From contig NC_086097.1 in NCBI RefSeq assembly GCF_963921235.1, forward strand, positions 151,902,001 to 151,966,000: a DNA stretch of 64,000 nucleotides, written 5' to 3'. This DNA comes from Mobula hypostoma (taxonomy: Eukaryota). The notes under the pieces are model-generated. The model was not told the origin of the DNA. It was given only the letters and a program-made list of their open reading frames with translations, and did no database searches. A program made the position numbers and the translations under genes. Of this stretch, positions 38,084 to 51,495 are shown piece after piece (the first letter of the stretch is position 1; the number at the start of each line of letters is the position of its first letter).

Positions 38084-40998
38084 CAAGATGGTGCTGATAA
38101 ATGGGCAACTTGTTGTATGCAGGTTTGATTGGAATCATCAAGTGTTCCTGGTTAGGACAAATACAGCTGAAATCCACAGTCACAGACATCGGTACTTCAG
38201 CAAACAACATCATTTTAAGACATTTAGAAAAATCATTGATATTCAAATTCAGCGAATCCTGAATTACAGACTTTGATTGCAGGTGCAGTTCTTTTTTAAG
38301 AAAATGGAAACATTGAAGACAAGCTGGTCTACAATACAATTAATTTGCAGAGGTCTTAGACCCCCACTCCTGACTAGCCTGCTGGTGAAGGTACTGTCTC
38401 CCAAAAATAAAAATTATGATCTCAAAGCAAGGTTGCAGTACCCAAGGGAAATCAGGCACTACTGTGTACTCTGCATTATGGAAACATGGCCATTTCCTGC
38501 CATTTTAGAAGCAGCCTGATCGCTTCACCATTCTCCACAAAGGCAGGACAGCTCAGTTTTTTTTTATAAAAGGTAGAAGAGATAGAGTATGCTTAATGAT
38601 CAACTCATTGTGGTGTACAGACACTTTAGCTTTGTCTCAGTCCTGCTCACCTAATCTGGAACATCTAGAGGTCAAATGTCATCCATTTTTTCCAGCAGAG
38701 TGAGTTTTCTGACTTTATCATATACAATCATGCACTGTACAATCAAACTCAAGCCATCATCAGGCAGCAACTGGAGGAGCTGAACACTGTGATCAGCAGG
38801 CACAAAACAGTGCACCCAGATGACTTCCCTATCATTGTGGGGCATTTCAATCAGGTCAGCTTGAAGAAGTCTCTGAACATCAAGAAACGACATATCAACT
38901 GTGGAACCAGAGAAGCCACTGTTATCCCACCATCAAGAATGTTTACCATGCCATCGAATGGCCATACCTTGCAAACTCCAATTACCTGCCTGTGCTTCAA
39001 CTTTCAGGGTATAGGCAGAGACCAAAGACTGTAGCACCAGTAGTGAGGACCAACAATGTCTGGTCAAGGAAGGTGGAGGAGACTTATAGGACAGCTTTGA
39101 GTCAGACTAGACAATATTCAGGGATTCTTCATTGAGTTTGAATGAATACACCGCAGTTGTCACTGACTACATCAACACCTGTGTGGATGTGTTTGCACCT
39201 TCGAGTACATACTGGGCATACCAAAATCACAAGCCATGGATGAACCTGGAGATTTGTAGTCTGCTGAGGGCTCGATCTGTAACATTTGAGATTGGTGATC
39301 TGGAGCTATCCAAGAATTCCAGGCACGAACTTTTGGAGGCTATCATAAGAGCAAAAAAAACAATTCCGATACTAGAGATGGAATTGGATGTACATTAGCT
39401 CTGGCAGGGTTTTCAGAGCACTACTTCCTACAAAGCAAAACTTATCATCAATGGTATTGGTGATTCATTCCCAGATGAGCTCAATGCCTATTATGCATGC
39501 TCTAAAAGGGAGAATAAAACTACACCTGTGTGACTCCCTGCAGCATCTGGTGACCCTGTGATCTCTGTCTTGGAAGCTAATGCCAGAACAGCTTTCTCTC
39601 ACAAGGCATCTGACCCTGGTGGTGCATCTGGCAAGACATTGAAAACCTGTGCTAACCGACTGCTGCAGTTGGGGGTTCCCGCCTGCTTCAAAATGGGTGA
39701 GCTGTCTCAATGGCTATCACTCAACTGTACTCACATCTAATGTGATGAAGTGCTTTGAGAGGTTGGTCATGGTCAGAATCAACCCCTATCTAAGCAGGGA
39801 CCTGGACTTGCTGTTATTTGCCCGTCACTACAATGGGTCTACTGCAGGTGAATCTTACTGGTTCTCCACTTGGCCTTGGATCACCTGGAAAATAGCAATA
39901 CCAGGCAGTGCCTTCTTTGTATCTGTGTCAGACCATTGTGTATTGACTACAGCACACATTCAACACAATCATATCCTCAGTTCTCATCAACAGATCCAGA
40001 GCCTGGGCCTCTGTACCTCCCTCTGCAAGTGTGGATTGGAAATAACATCTCCTCCTCACTGGCAATCAACACTGGCACACTTCAAGGATATGTGCTTAGC
40101 CCAGTACTCTACTCTCTCTGCACCCGTGACTGTGTGGCTAGGCACAGCTCAAAAGACATCTAGAAATTTTCCTATGGCATAACTATTGTTGGCAGAATTT
40201 CAAATGGTGATGAGGAGATATACAAGAAGGAGCTAGCTGAGTGGTGTTGCAACAACCTTGCACCCAAAGTCAGTAAAACCAAGGAACTGGTTGAGGACTT
40301 TAGAAAGGGAAAATAGAGGGAACACACAACAGTCCTCATCAAGGGATCAGAAGTGGAAAGGGTGAGCAGTTTCAAGTTCTTGTGTGACAACATCTCAGGC
40401 GATCTATCCTGGGCCCAACATATCAGAGCAGTTACAAAGAAGGCATGGCAGTGGCTATATTCCATAAGGAGTTTGAGGCAACTTGATATGTCACCAAAGA
40501 TGATTGCAAATTTCTACAGCTGTACCGTGGAGAGTGTTACAACTGGTTGCGTCACCGTCTGATGTGGCTTCTCACTGCACGAGACTGGAAAAAGCTGCAG
40601 AACATTGTAATCTCAGCCAGCTCCATCATGGGTACTAGCCTCCGCAGCAACCTGGCTACCTGCAAAAGGCAAAGTCTCAAAAAGGCAGCATCCATCAGTA
40701 AGAACCCACATCACCTAATACCTGCCCTCTTCTTATTGATACCATCAAGGAACCTGAAGACATTCAGCATTTCAGGAACAGCTTGTTCCTCCTTCCTTCA
40801 GATTTTTGAATGCACAATGAACTCAGGAAAACTACCTCACTATTTTTTTCCTTTCATTTTGCACTGCTGAATTTATTTTTTGTATCTACTTAGTGTAATT
40901 TATAGTTGTTATTATTATGCATTGCAATATACTTCTGCTGCAAAGCAACAAATTTCATGACACATGCCAGCTATATTTAACCTAATTCTGTTTCTGGT
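38084..40998 (+). mobile_element. Rex1/Babar LINE, near full-length, decayed
   Basis: Shares its 5'UTR with the 20266 copy (CAGCTGAAATCCACAGTCACAG). LCIMETW, IVGHFNQ, MKCFERLV, NTGTLQGYVLSP, ERVSSFKFL. Confidence 0.85.
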
Positions 40999-41070
40999 AT
41001 TGACAACCTCACACTGGAGATGTGGGGATTATAGCAGGATCAAGAGGAACACTTGGCCAAGTGTAAAGTT

Positions 41071-41370
41071 AGGGGAACCACGGTAGTGTAGCGGTTAGCA
41101 CCATACTATTACAGCTCAGGGCATCGGAGTTCTGAGTTCAGTCGTGGGGTCCTCTGTAAGGAGTCTGCACGCTCTCCCTGTGGAATGTGTGTGTTTTCCC
41201 TGGATGCTCCAGTTTCCTCTCTCAGTCCAAAGACGTACTTGGTAGCTTAATTTGTCATTATAAATTGTTCTGTGATTAGGTTAACATTGGGGTTGTTAGG
41301 CATTGCTTGGGCACCATGCTGAAACAGCCGGAGGAGCCTACTCTGCACTGTATCACTGAATGAATCAGTA
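41071..41370 (+). mobile_element. V-SINE (tRNA head)
   Basis: CACGGTAGTGTAGCGGTTAGC A-box; GGATGCTCCAGTTTCCTC..CAGTCCAAAGACGTAC V-core. Confidence 0.75.
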
Positions 41371-41559
41371 AGTAAAGTCCTATTCCTGGTTAATACAGTT
41401 TCTGTTCTTTGACTATTCGGAAGGTGTCAGATAAATCTAGTAACTGTGCACACAGATACTCAGTTTTCTATGGCTTCCAAGCTTGTTGATAACCAAACCA
41501 ATGAAGGAATTTGTCTGTTAATACAGATTCTCTCTGTGCATAACTGATCATTATTGTTG

Positions 41560-41920
41560 AGGGTTGTTACAAGCTACAAAGGGCATATAGTGAATGCACA
41601 CAGTTTTTATTCCAGGAAGAGGAAATCAAAAACTAGGGATCATATGTTTAAGGTAAGAGGGGAAAGAATTAAAAGGGACTTCAAGGGCATCTACTCCATT
41701 CAAAGGATGGTACATATACAGAACAAGCTGCCAAAGAAAATAATTGAATCAGGCACAATAACATTTAGAAGACACTGGACAGATAAACTGATAAGAAATG
41801 CTTAGAGTGATATGAGCAAATGGGGGCAAGTGGGTCCATGTTAGCTGGGCATCTTGGTCAGTTGGACTGGACAAGTTGAGTCAATAGGCCTGTTTTGTGC
41901 TGTATTACTGTCTCTACAGT
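41560..41920 (+). mobile_element. CR1 3' end fragment
   Basis: SKTRDHMFKVRGERIKRD followed by a CR1 3'UTR. Confidence 0.75.
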
Positions 41921-41999
41921 CCAAATGTTTATCGGTCTTGCTCTGTTTCTCTTCCATTTTATTTAATCTTCCTCTGAAATCTTCAATGTAAACCAGCAA

Positions 42000-42396
42000 G
42001 TTGTTTGTTATGTCTCCCCTCTCGCTGTGAAATGGAGACATCTCTTTCTCCCTTATTAGGGATAAAGAGAGAGCCTGTGGTATACTGAATACAGGGTGAA
42101 CGAGTAGTCTTTGGGGTACTGCAAGTCTGTCTTTGCTGTTGCTTTGCTGCATGGTTGAGTGCTCGGTGGTGGGTATTGATGCTTTTTTTTTCTTGTGGGG
42201 AAGGGGCGATTGTTGCTTTGCCGCCGCTTATGCACAGAAGTGGGGAGCCGTGGGGACTTTGGGGGTTCTAACATTTAAATGTCACTCATTCTTTGGGGAC
42301 ACTCCTCTGTTTTTCTGGATGGTTGCAAAGAAAAAGCATTTCAGGATGTATATTGTATGCATTTCTCTGACATTAAATGTTCCTTTGAAATCTTTG
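42000..42396 (+). repeat. Probable non-LTR retroelement 3'UTR, family not assigned
   Basis: T-rich UTR ending ATTAAATGTTCCTTTGAAATCTTTG (polyA-like signal plus short tandem tail). Confidence 0.4.
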
Positions 42397-44294
42397 GTAT
42401 AGAAAAGAAAAACTTCCTTGACATTTCTATCTTCATTATAATTTGGCATAACTTCAAGGAAGGAAATTGTATGTTTCAATGAATTTTACTAGTTCCACAA
42501 GTCATTAACATCATCACATGTCACTCTCCAATGTCAGCAAATATCAAACTGAAGCCATAACCTAGACTAAATAATCCTGATTGTTTTTTCATCTTCTCTA
42601 AGTCACTAATTCTCTTATGATTGTTTGATCCATGTGCCTATAATGAGTGGCTCTATTCCAAATAATATTAATATGTTATAGAAAACATAGAAACATAGAA
42701 ATCCTACAGCACAATACAGGCCCTTCGGCCCTCAAAGTTGTGCCAAATATGTCCCTACCTTAGAAATTACTAGGCTTACCCATAGCCCTCTATTTTTCTA
42801 AGCTCCATGTACCTATCCAAAAGTCTCTTAAAAGTCCCTGTCATATCCATCTCCACCACGGTTGCTGGCAGCCCATTCCACGCACTCACCACTCTGAGTA
42901 AACTACTTACCCCTGACATCTCCTCTGTACCCACTCCCCAGCACCTTAAACCTGTGTCCTCTTGTGGCAGCCATTTCAGCCCTGGGATAAAGCCTCTGAG
43001 TATGTACACAATCAATGCCTCTCATCATCTTATACACCTCTATCAGGTCACCTCTCATCCACTGTCGCTCCAAGGAGAAAAGGCCGAGTTCACTCAACCT
43101 GTTTTCATAAGGCATGCTCCCCAATCCAGGCAACATCCCTGTAAATCTCCTCTGCACACTTTCTAAGGCTTCCATATCCTTCCTGTACTGAGGTGACCAG
43201 AACTGAGCACAGTACTCCAAGTGGAGTCTGACCAAGGTCCTATATAGCTGCAATGTTACCTCTCAGCTCCTAAATTCAATTCCATGATTAATGAACGTCA
43301 ATACACTGCATGCCTTCTTAACCACAGAGCTTCCTATGGACTCGGACCCCAAGATCCCTCTGGTCCTCCACACTGTCAAGAGTCTTATCATTAATACTAT
43401 GTTCCACCATCATATTTGACCTACCAAAATGAACCACTTTCACACTCATCTGGGTTGAACTCCATCTGCCACTTCTCAGCCCAGTTTTGCATCCTATCAA
43501 TGCGCTCGTTGTAACCTCTGAAAGCTCTCCACACTAACAACAACACTTCCAATCTGTCTGTCATCAGCAAACTTACTAACCATACCTCCACTTCCTCATC
43601 TAGGTCATTTATAAAAATCACGAAGAGTAAGGGTCCCAGAACAGATCCCTGAGGCACACCTCTTGTCACCGACCTCCATGCAGAATATGACCCGTCTACA
43701 ACCACTCTTTGCCTTCTGTGGGCAAGTCAGTTTTGGATCCACAAAGCAATGTCCTCTTGGATCCCATGCCTCCTTACTTTCTGAATAAGCCTTGCATGAG
43801 GTACCTTATCAAATGCCTTGCTGAAATCCATATACACTACATCTACCGCTCTACCTTCATCAATGTGTTTAGTCACATCCTCAAAAAATTCAATCAGGCT
43901 CGTGAGGCATGACCTGCTCTTGACAAAGCGATGCTGACTATTCCTAATCATATTATACCTCTCCAAATGTTCCTAAATCCTGCCTCTCAGGATCTTCTCC
44001 ATCAACTTACCAACCACTGAAGTAAGACTCACTGGTCTATAATTTCCTGGGCTATCTCTACTCCCTTTCTTGAATAAAGGAACAATATCCGTAACCCTCC
44101 AATCCTCCGGAACCTCTCCTGTCCCCATTGATGATTCAAAGATCATCGCCAGAGGCTCAGCAATCTCCTCCCTCGCCTCCCACAGTAGCCTGGGGTACAT
44201 CTCAGCCAGTCCCGGCGACTTATCCAACTTACACACATCAAAGTTGCTGGTGAATGCAGCAGGCCAAGCAGCATCTATAGGAAGAGGCACAGTC

Positions 44295-45303
44295 GACTTT
44301 GCCTCCAACTTTCACCCTGCCCTCAAATTTACCTGGTCCATTTCCGACACCTCCCTCCCCTTTCTAGATCTTTCTGTCTCTGTCTCTGGAGACAGCTTAT
44401 CCACTGATGTCTACTATAAGCCTACTGACTCTCACAGCTATCTGGACTATTCCTCTTCTCACCCTGTCTCTTGCAAAAACGCCATCCCCTTCTCGCAATT
44501 CCTCCGTCTCCGCCGCATCTGCTCTCAGGATGAGGCTTTTCATTCTAGGACGAGGGAGATGTCTTCATTTTTTAAAGAAAGGGGCTTCCCTTCCTCCACT
44601 ATCAACTCTGCTCTTAAACGCATCTCCCCCATTTCACGTACATCTGCTCTCACTCCATCCTCCCACCACCCCACTAGGAATAGGGTTCCCCTGGTCCTCA
44701 CCTACCACCCCCACCAGCCTCCGGGTCCAACATATTATTCTCCGTAACTTCCGCCACCTCCAACGGGATCCCACCACTAAGCACATCTTTCCCTCCCTCC
44801 CTCTCTCTGCATTCCGCAGGGATCGCTCCCTACACAACTCCCTTGTCCATTCGTCCCCCCCATCCCTCCCCACTGATCTCCCTCCTGGCACTTATCCGTG
44901 TAAGCGGAACAAGTGCTACACATGCCCTTACACTTCCTCCCTTACCACCATTCAGGGCCCCAAACAGTCCTTCCAGGTGAGGCATCACTTCACCTGTGAG
45001 TCGACTGGGGTGATATACTGCGTCCGGTGCTCCCGATGTGGCCTTTTATATATTGGTGAGACCCGACGTAGACTGGGAGACCGCTTTGCTGAACATCTAC
45101 GCTCTGTCCGCCAGAGAAAGCAGGATCTCCCAGTGGCCACACATTTTAATTCCACATCCCATTCCCATTCTGACATGTCTATCCACGGCCTCCTCTACTG
45201 TAAAGATGAAGCCACACTCAGGTTGGAGGAACAACACCTTATATTCCGTCTGGGTAGCCTCCAACCTGATGGCATGAACATTGACTTCTCTAACTTCCGC
45301 TAG
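44295..45303 (+). pseudogene. Penelope ORF 3' part: RT thumb, Zn-finger linker, GIY-YIG endonuclease
   Basis: HPALKFT, LPFLDL, VYYKPTD, SSHP; CKRNKCYTC; VIYCVRCSRCGLLYIGETRRRLGDRFAEH. Single frameshift in a C5 run at 44708-44712. Confidence 0.93.
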
Positions 45304-45602
45304 GCCCCACCTCCCCCTCGTACGCCATCTGTTACTCTTTTTTATGCACACATTCTTTCTCTCACTCTCCTTTTTCTCCCTCTGTCCCTCTGAATATACC
45401 TCTTGCCCATCCTCTGGGTCACCCCCCCCCCCGTCTTTCTTCCCGGACCTCCTGTCCCATGATCCTCTCGTAACCCCTTTTGCCTATCACCTGTCCAGTT
45501 CTCGGCTCTATCCCTCCCCCTCCTGTCTTCTCCTATCATTTTGCATCTCCCCCTCCCCCTCCCCCTCCAGCTTTCAAATCCCTTACTCACTCTTCCTTCA
45601 GT

Positions 45603-45640
45603 TAGTCCTGACGAAGGGTCTCGGCCTGAAACGTCGACTG
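45603..45640 (+). ncRNA. Minimal type I hammerhead ribozyme in Penelope pLTR
   Basis: Stem I AGTC(45604-07)/GACT(45636-39); core CTGACGA (45608-14); stem II AGG..CCT (45615-27); GAAA (45628-31); palindromic stem III ACGT; GTC triplet with predicted cleavage after 45635. Confidence 0.8.
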
Positions 45641-48600
45641 CGCCTCTTCCTATAGATGCTGCTTGGCCTGCTGCGTTCACCAGCAACTTTGATGTGTGTT
45701 GCTTGAATTTCCAGCATCTGCAGAATTCCTGTTGTTTACTTATCCAACTTGATGTTTTCCAAAAGCTCCAGCACATCCTCTTTCTTAATATCTACATGCA
45801 CAAGTTTTTCAGTCTACTGCAAGTCATCACTATAATCACCAAGATCCTTTTCCATAGTCAATATTGAAGTAAAGTATTCATTAAGTACCTCTGCTATTTC
45901 CTCCGGTTCCATACACACTTTTCCACTGTCACACTTGATTGGTCCTATTCTTTCACGTCTTATCCTCTTGCTCTTCACATACTTGTAGAATGCCTTGGGG
46001 GTTTTCCTTAATCCTACCCGCCAAGGCCTTCTCATGGCCTCTTCTGGCTCTCCTAATTTCCTTTTCAAGCTCCTTCCTGTTAACCTTATAATCTTCTAGA
46101 TCTCTAACATTACCTAGCTCTCTAAACCTTTTGTAAGCTTTTCTTTCATTCTTGACTAGATTCATTACAGCCTTTGTACACCAGGGTTCCTGTACCCTAC
46201 CATAACTTCCCTGTCTCATTGGAACGTACCTATGCAAAACTCCACACAAATATCCCCTGAACATTTGCCACATTTCTTCCATACTTTTCCCTGAGAACAA
46301 CCGTTTCCAATTTAAGCTTCTAATTTCCTGCCTGATAGCCTCATAATTGCCCTTACTCCAATTAAATGCTTTTCTAACTTGTCGGTTCCTATCTCTCTCC
46401 AATGCTATTGTAAAAGAGATAGAACTATGATCACTACCTTCAGAATGCACTCTCACTGAGAGACCTGACACCTGACCAGGTTCATTTCCCAATACCAAAT
46501 CAAGTACAGTCTCTCCTCTTGTAGGCTTATCTACATATTGTGTCAAGAAACCTTCCTGAACACACCTAACAAACTCTACCCCATCTAAACCCCTTGCTCT
46601 AGTGAGATGCCTATCAATGTTTGGGAAATTAAAATCTCCTATCACGACAACTCTGTTATTATTACACCTTTCCAGGATCTGTTTCCCTATCTGCTCCTTG
46701 ATATTCCTGTTACTATTGGGCGGCCTATAAAAAACACCCAGTAAAGTTATTGACCCCTTCCTGTTACTAACCTCCACCCACAGAGGCTCCGTAGACAATC
46801 CCTCCCTGACGTTCACTTTCTCTACAGCCATGACACTATCTCTGATCAACAGTGCCACGCCCCCACTTCTTTTGCCTCCCTCCCTGTCCTACCTTAAACA
46901 TCTAAAACCCGGCACTTGAAGTAACCATTCCTGTCCCTGAGCCATCCAATTCTCTGTAATGGCCACCACATCATAGCTCCAAGTACTGATCCACACTCTA
47001 AGCTCATCCGCTTTGTTCATAATACTCCTTGCGTTGAAATAGACACACCTCAAACCTTCCGTCTGAGCGCGTCCTTTCTCTATCACCTGCCTATCCTCCC
47101 TCTCAGAATGCCTACAAGCTTTCTCTATTTGTGAACCAACCGCCTCTTCCCTAGTCTTTTCAGTTTGGTACCCACCCCCCAATAATTCTAGTTTAAACTC
47201 TCGTCAATAGCCTTCGCAAAACTCCCCGCCAGGATATTGGTCCCCCTGGGATTCAAGTGCAACCCGTCCTTTTTGTACAGGTCACATCTGCCCCAAAAGA
47301 GGTCCCAGTAATCCAGAAATCTGAATCCCTGCCCCCTGCTCCAATCCCTCAGCCACGTATTTATCCTCCACCTCATTCTATTCCTATACTCACTGTCGCG
47401 TGGCACAGGCAATAATCCCGAGATTACTACCTTTGCGGTCCTGCTTCTCAACTTCCTTCCTAACTCCCTGTAGTCTTTTTTCAGGACCTCTTCCCTTTTT
47501 CTACCTATGTCATTGGTACCAATATTTACCACGACCCCTGGCTGTTCTCCCTCCCACTGCAGGATATCATGGACGTGATCTGAAAAGTCCCGGACCCTGG
47601 CACCTAGAAGGCAAACTACCATCCAAGTTTCTTATCTGCATCCACAGAATCGTCTGTCTGACCCCCTAACTATAGAGTCCTCTATCACTACTGCCTTCCT
47701 CTTCCTTTCCCTATGCTTCTGAGCCACAGAGCCGGACTCTGAGCCACAGGGCCGGTCTCTGTGCCAGAGGCACGGCCACTGTTGCATCCCCCAGTTAGGA
47801 TGTCCCCCCCAGCAGTACTCAAACAGGAGTACTTATTGTCACAGGGTACAGCCACAAGGGTACTCTCTAGTACCTGACTCTTGCCCTCCCTCTCCTGACT
47901 GTTATCCACTTGTCTGTCTCCTGTGGCCCCAGTGTGACCACCTGCCTATAACTCCTTTCTATCACCTCCTCGCTCTCCCTGACCAGACGAAGGTCATCGA
48001 GCTGCATCTCCAGTTCCCTAACGTGGTCCCTTATGAGCTGCAGCTCAACACACCGGGTGCAGATATGGCCGTCTGGGAGGCTGGGAGACCCCAGGACCTC
48101 CCACATCTGACACCGAGCACAGAAAACCGGCCTCACACACATGATGCTTCCTTTCTGCAAGTAGCAGAGGTAAACCTGCCTCACCTCATTACCACCTAAG
48201 CCGGTTGAGCCAAAGCCCTATCACTCCGCTACCTCTCACTCCGCTGCATATGTTATGTGCATAAAATCTTGCACCTTTCATAGAATTGATAGCTATCAAA
48301 TTGGGTTTTAGTGCAATGAATTTCATTGGGAATTGCTACTATGGTACACTGCCAATTCCTGTGTGAGACGGTAATAAACACCTCGCCCTGCCTGAAGAGA
48401 GAAACTCTGACCCCAAGGCCGTGAGCTACTGCATGAGTGATATGACAAGGGTTATCTGAGGCCACTTGGAAAGATCTGATGCCAAAAAAAAAATCAATGC
48501 ACTGGTCACATTAATCGCTAGAGACAATATAGTAAACTGGACAGGTGATATTCTTCGACTATTAGGCCTATTTTCCCATTCACCTAAAAAAAATGAACAC

Positions 48601-49149
48601 AGCCTTGTTTTAACACTAACAGATAACAATTCTAGGTAAGACTTATAGGTTGGTAATCCCTATTGATTAAATATCAGGCACAAATAAATGTCTCCTTTAG
48701 TGCTAATTCCAAGACCCTACAATTTAGCATCTAATTCCTCATCCCCCCATGGATCTAGTAAAAAACGCACAACCAGGAGTAGAAGCAAAGTTCAACAACG
48801 ATCTAACTGTATGATGGTGCAGAATGAATGTCTGACTGGCCTGTCCTGCTCTTCCGTACCAAATATAGCAAACAACTTGAGGTATTGTCAATTCTGCCTG
48901 TGGAATAAGCACATACTGTATAACCTGTGGTAAATGGCTGAATGAATGAGCCTCGTGTACACAGCATATTCTCTTATTCTTGTATGCTCTTCAGCCTGGG
49001 ATATTCTCAATAACAAATGCATTGTTTGAGTAGAGTGACATATTAAGAAAACTGACTGGTTCAGATTGGGTCCAACAATTAACTTGGGTACAATGGCATA
49101 TTGGTTAAGTTAGTGGACTGAGGCATGAACTTTTCAGCAGCTAGGAAGC

Positions 49150-49360
49150 AGGAAGATAGCCCCATGAGACAAAGATGCAGAATTAGGCCATTTGGCCCAT
49201 TGAGTCTGCTCTGTCATTGCATTGCAGCTGATTTATTATCACTTTCAACCGTATTCTCTTGCCTTCTCCCTGTCCCTTCAGCACCTTTACTAATTAAAAC
49301 CAATCAATCTCTGCTTTAAATATACCCAAAGATTTGCCCGCTGCAACCGTCTGTGGCAAT
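49150..49360 (-). mobile_element. CR1 3' tail fragment
   Basis: GCAGAATTAGGCCATTTGGCCCATTGAGTCTGCTC, the same tail class as CR1 C and D. Confidence 0.7.
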
Positions 49361-51495
49361 TCAAGTTATCTAGAATTCAGTTTAAGTTATCCATAACCAT
49401 GATAATTCCAGATGTATTTAAAGCTGAATTGATTTATAATATCTGTGAGGAGAGGAAATTGGACATCCCTAATTGGTCTAACCCCCACATGACTCCAGAA
49501 GCACAGAAGTGATTAATCTTAACTGGCTTTTGAAAGAACCTAGCATGCTATTTGGATGTGCAATGAATACTGATCCAATTGACAATGATGACAGTCCTGA
49601 ATGACCAAGAAAACAGAGTTTATGGAAGATCCATCCTTAGTACTTTATATTATTGTTTTGCCTAGATCCTCATTTATAACATATTTAAATTAATCAAGAT
49701 TGTGTAAATACTGATTAAGAAAAATGATTAGTGTCAAAAATATTTTTTAAAAATCAGAAATATATTGTGAAAAGGCTCAACAGATCAGGCAGTATCCAGG
49801 AAAGCCGACAGGGTTAATGGTCACAGTTACCTTTGATCCTGCCCGTTCTCCAGACCTGGAACACATTTTCCAAGTGAAGAGGGATGGATCATTATATCTG
49901 AAAGGCACACCAAAACAATGAACATTAAAATAAAATAAAAATAAACTCAGTAACATTTGTGTGCTAAAGTTTTTTTAAGCTTGAAACAAATTTTACAGCA
50001 GACTTTTAAAAATTGTACACATAAGATATGAAGCCTTCAGTGCAAGAAAGAAAAAATGGTAGAAATAGCAACATGAGTAGAGCATTTATTCCCTCGTGCT
50101 TGTTCTGACCTTCAATAAGATCATGGCTGACATTTTACATCCTTTTGTTAGACTGTAACAAGCTAACATATAGAGTCATAGAAAACTACAGCACTGAAGC
50201 AGGCCCATTGGCCATCTAGTCGATGCTGAACCATTTAAAATGTCTAGTGCATTGACCTTCACTGGGACCATAGCCCCCATACTCCTGCCATCCATGTTCC
50301 TATTCAAACTTCTCTTAAACATTGAAATCAAAATCTCGTCCTCCACTTGTGTTGGTAGCTCATTCCACACTCTCACTACACACTGAGTGATGAAGTTTCC
50401 CCTCATGTTCCTCTTAAACATTTCACTTTTCACCTTTAACTCATGACCTCTAGTTGTAGTTTCACTCAACCTCAGCGGAAAAAAAGCCTGCTTGCATTTT
50501 CCCTGTCTATACCACTCATAATTTTATATACCTCTATCAAATCTCCCCTCAGTCTTCTACATTAGGGAATAACATTTTAACCTATTCAGTCTTTCCTTAT
50601 AACTCATGTCCTCCAGTCCCAGCAACACCCTTGTAAATTTTCTCATTGATCTTTCAATCTCACTTACAACTTTCTTGTAGGTAGGTGACAAAAACTGTAC
50701 ACAATATTCCAAATTAGGCCTCATCAATGTCTTATACAACTTCAACATAACATCCCATCTTCTGTACTCAGTCCATTGATCTATGAAGGCCAATGTGCCA
50801 AAAGCTTTCTTTATGACCCTATTTACCTGCAACACCACTTGCAATGAATTATGGTCCTGATCGCAGATCCCTTTTGTTCTACCACACTCCTCTGTGCCCT
50901 ATTATTCGCTAGTCCTCCCAAACTACATCACCTCACACTTGTCTGCATTAAATTCCACCTGCCAATTTTCCAGCTGCTCCAGATCCTGCTGCAAGCCTTG
51001 ATAGACTTCCTTACTATCCACGGCACCCCTGATCTTGGTGTCATCTGTGAATTTGCTGATCTAGTTAACCACATTATCATTCCAATCATTGAAATAGATG
51101 ACGTACAACAATGGACCTAGCACTGATCACTGCAATGCACCACTAGTCATAGGCCTCCAGTCAGAGTGTCAACCATCTACTACCACTCTCTGGCTTCTCC
51201 CACGTAGCCAATGTCTAATCTAATTTACTACCTCATCTTTAATGCTAAGCAACTGAACCTTCTTGACCAACCACCCATACAGGACCTTGTCAAATACCTA
51301 ACTAAAGTCCATGTAGACAACATCCACTACCTTGCCTTCATCAACTTTCCTGGTAACTTCCTTGAAAAACTCTAAGATTGGTTAGACAAACCTACCACAC
51401 ACAACACCATGCTAACTATCCCTAATAAGTCTTTGCTAACCAAGTAGACATATATCTGGTTGCTTAGAATATCTTCTAATAACTTTACTACGACT

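Larger units (their letters stand above)
44231..45737 (+). mobile_element. Young 5'-truncated Penelope-like element (Neptune-type) inserted in CR1 E
   Basis: 13-bp TSD ACTTATCCAACTT at 44218-44230 and 45738-45750. Inverted pLTR 44231-44297 matches 45633-45699 at 65/67. 38-nt 3' tail. Confidence 0.95.
42677..48246 (-). mobile_element. Near-full-length CR1 'E'. Own sequence at 42677-44230 and 45738-48246
   Basis: ORF1 zinc finger (47867-48184), esterase (47188-47622), APE (45953-47182), RT pieces down to 42776, (TTCTATGT)n tail. Confidence 0.95.

Noticed and set aside
43973..44308. ORFs crossing the CR1/Penelope junction (43973-44308 minus; N-terminus of 44070-44747 plus)
   Set aside because: These are chance read-through across the insertion boundary and the inverted pLTR.
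48426..48584. Minus-strand acceptor TTTTTTTAG|G followed by a hydrophobic, GPI-signal-like peptide
   Set aside because: The hydrophobicity comes partly from a T-run. There is no recognisable homology and no upstream exon to link it to.
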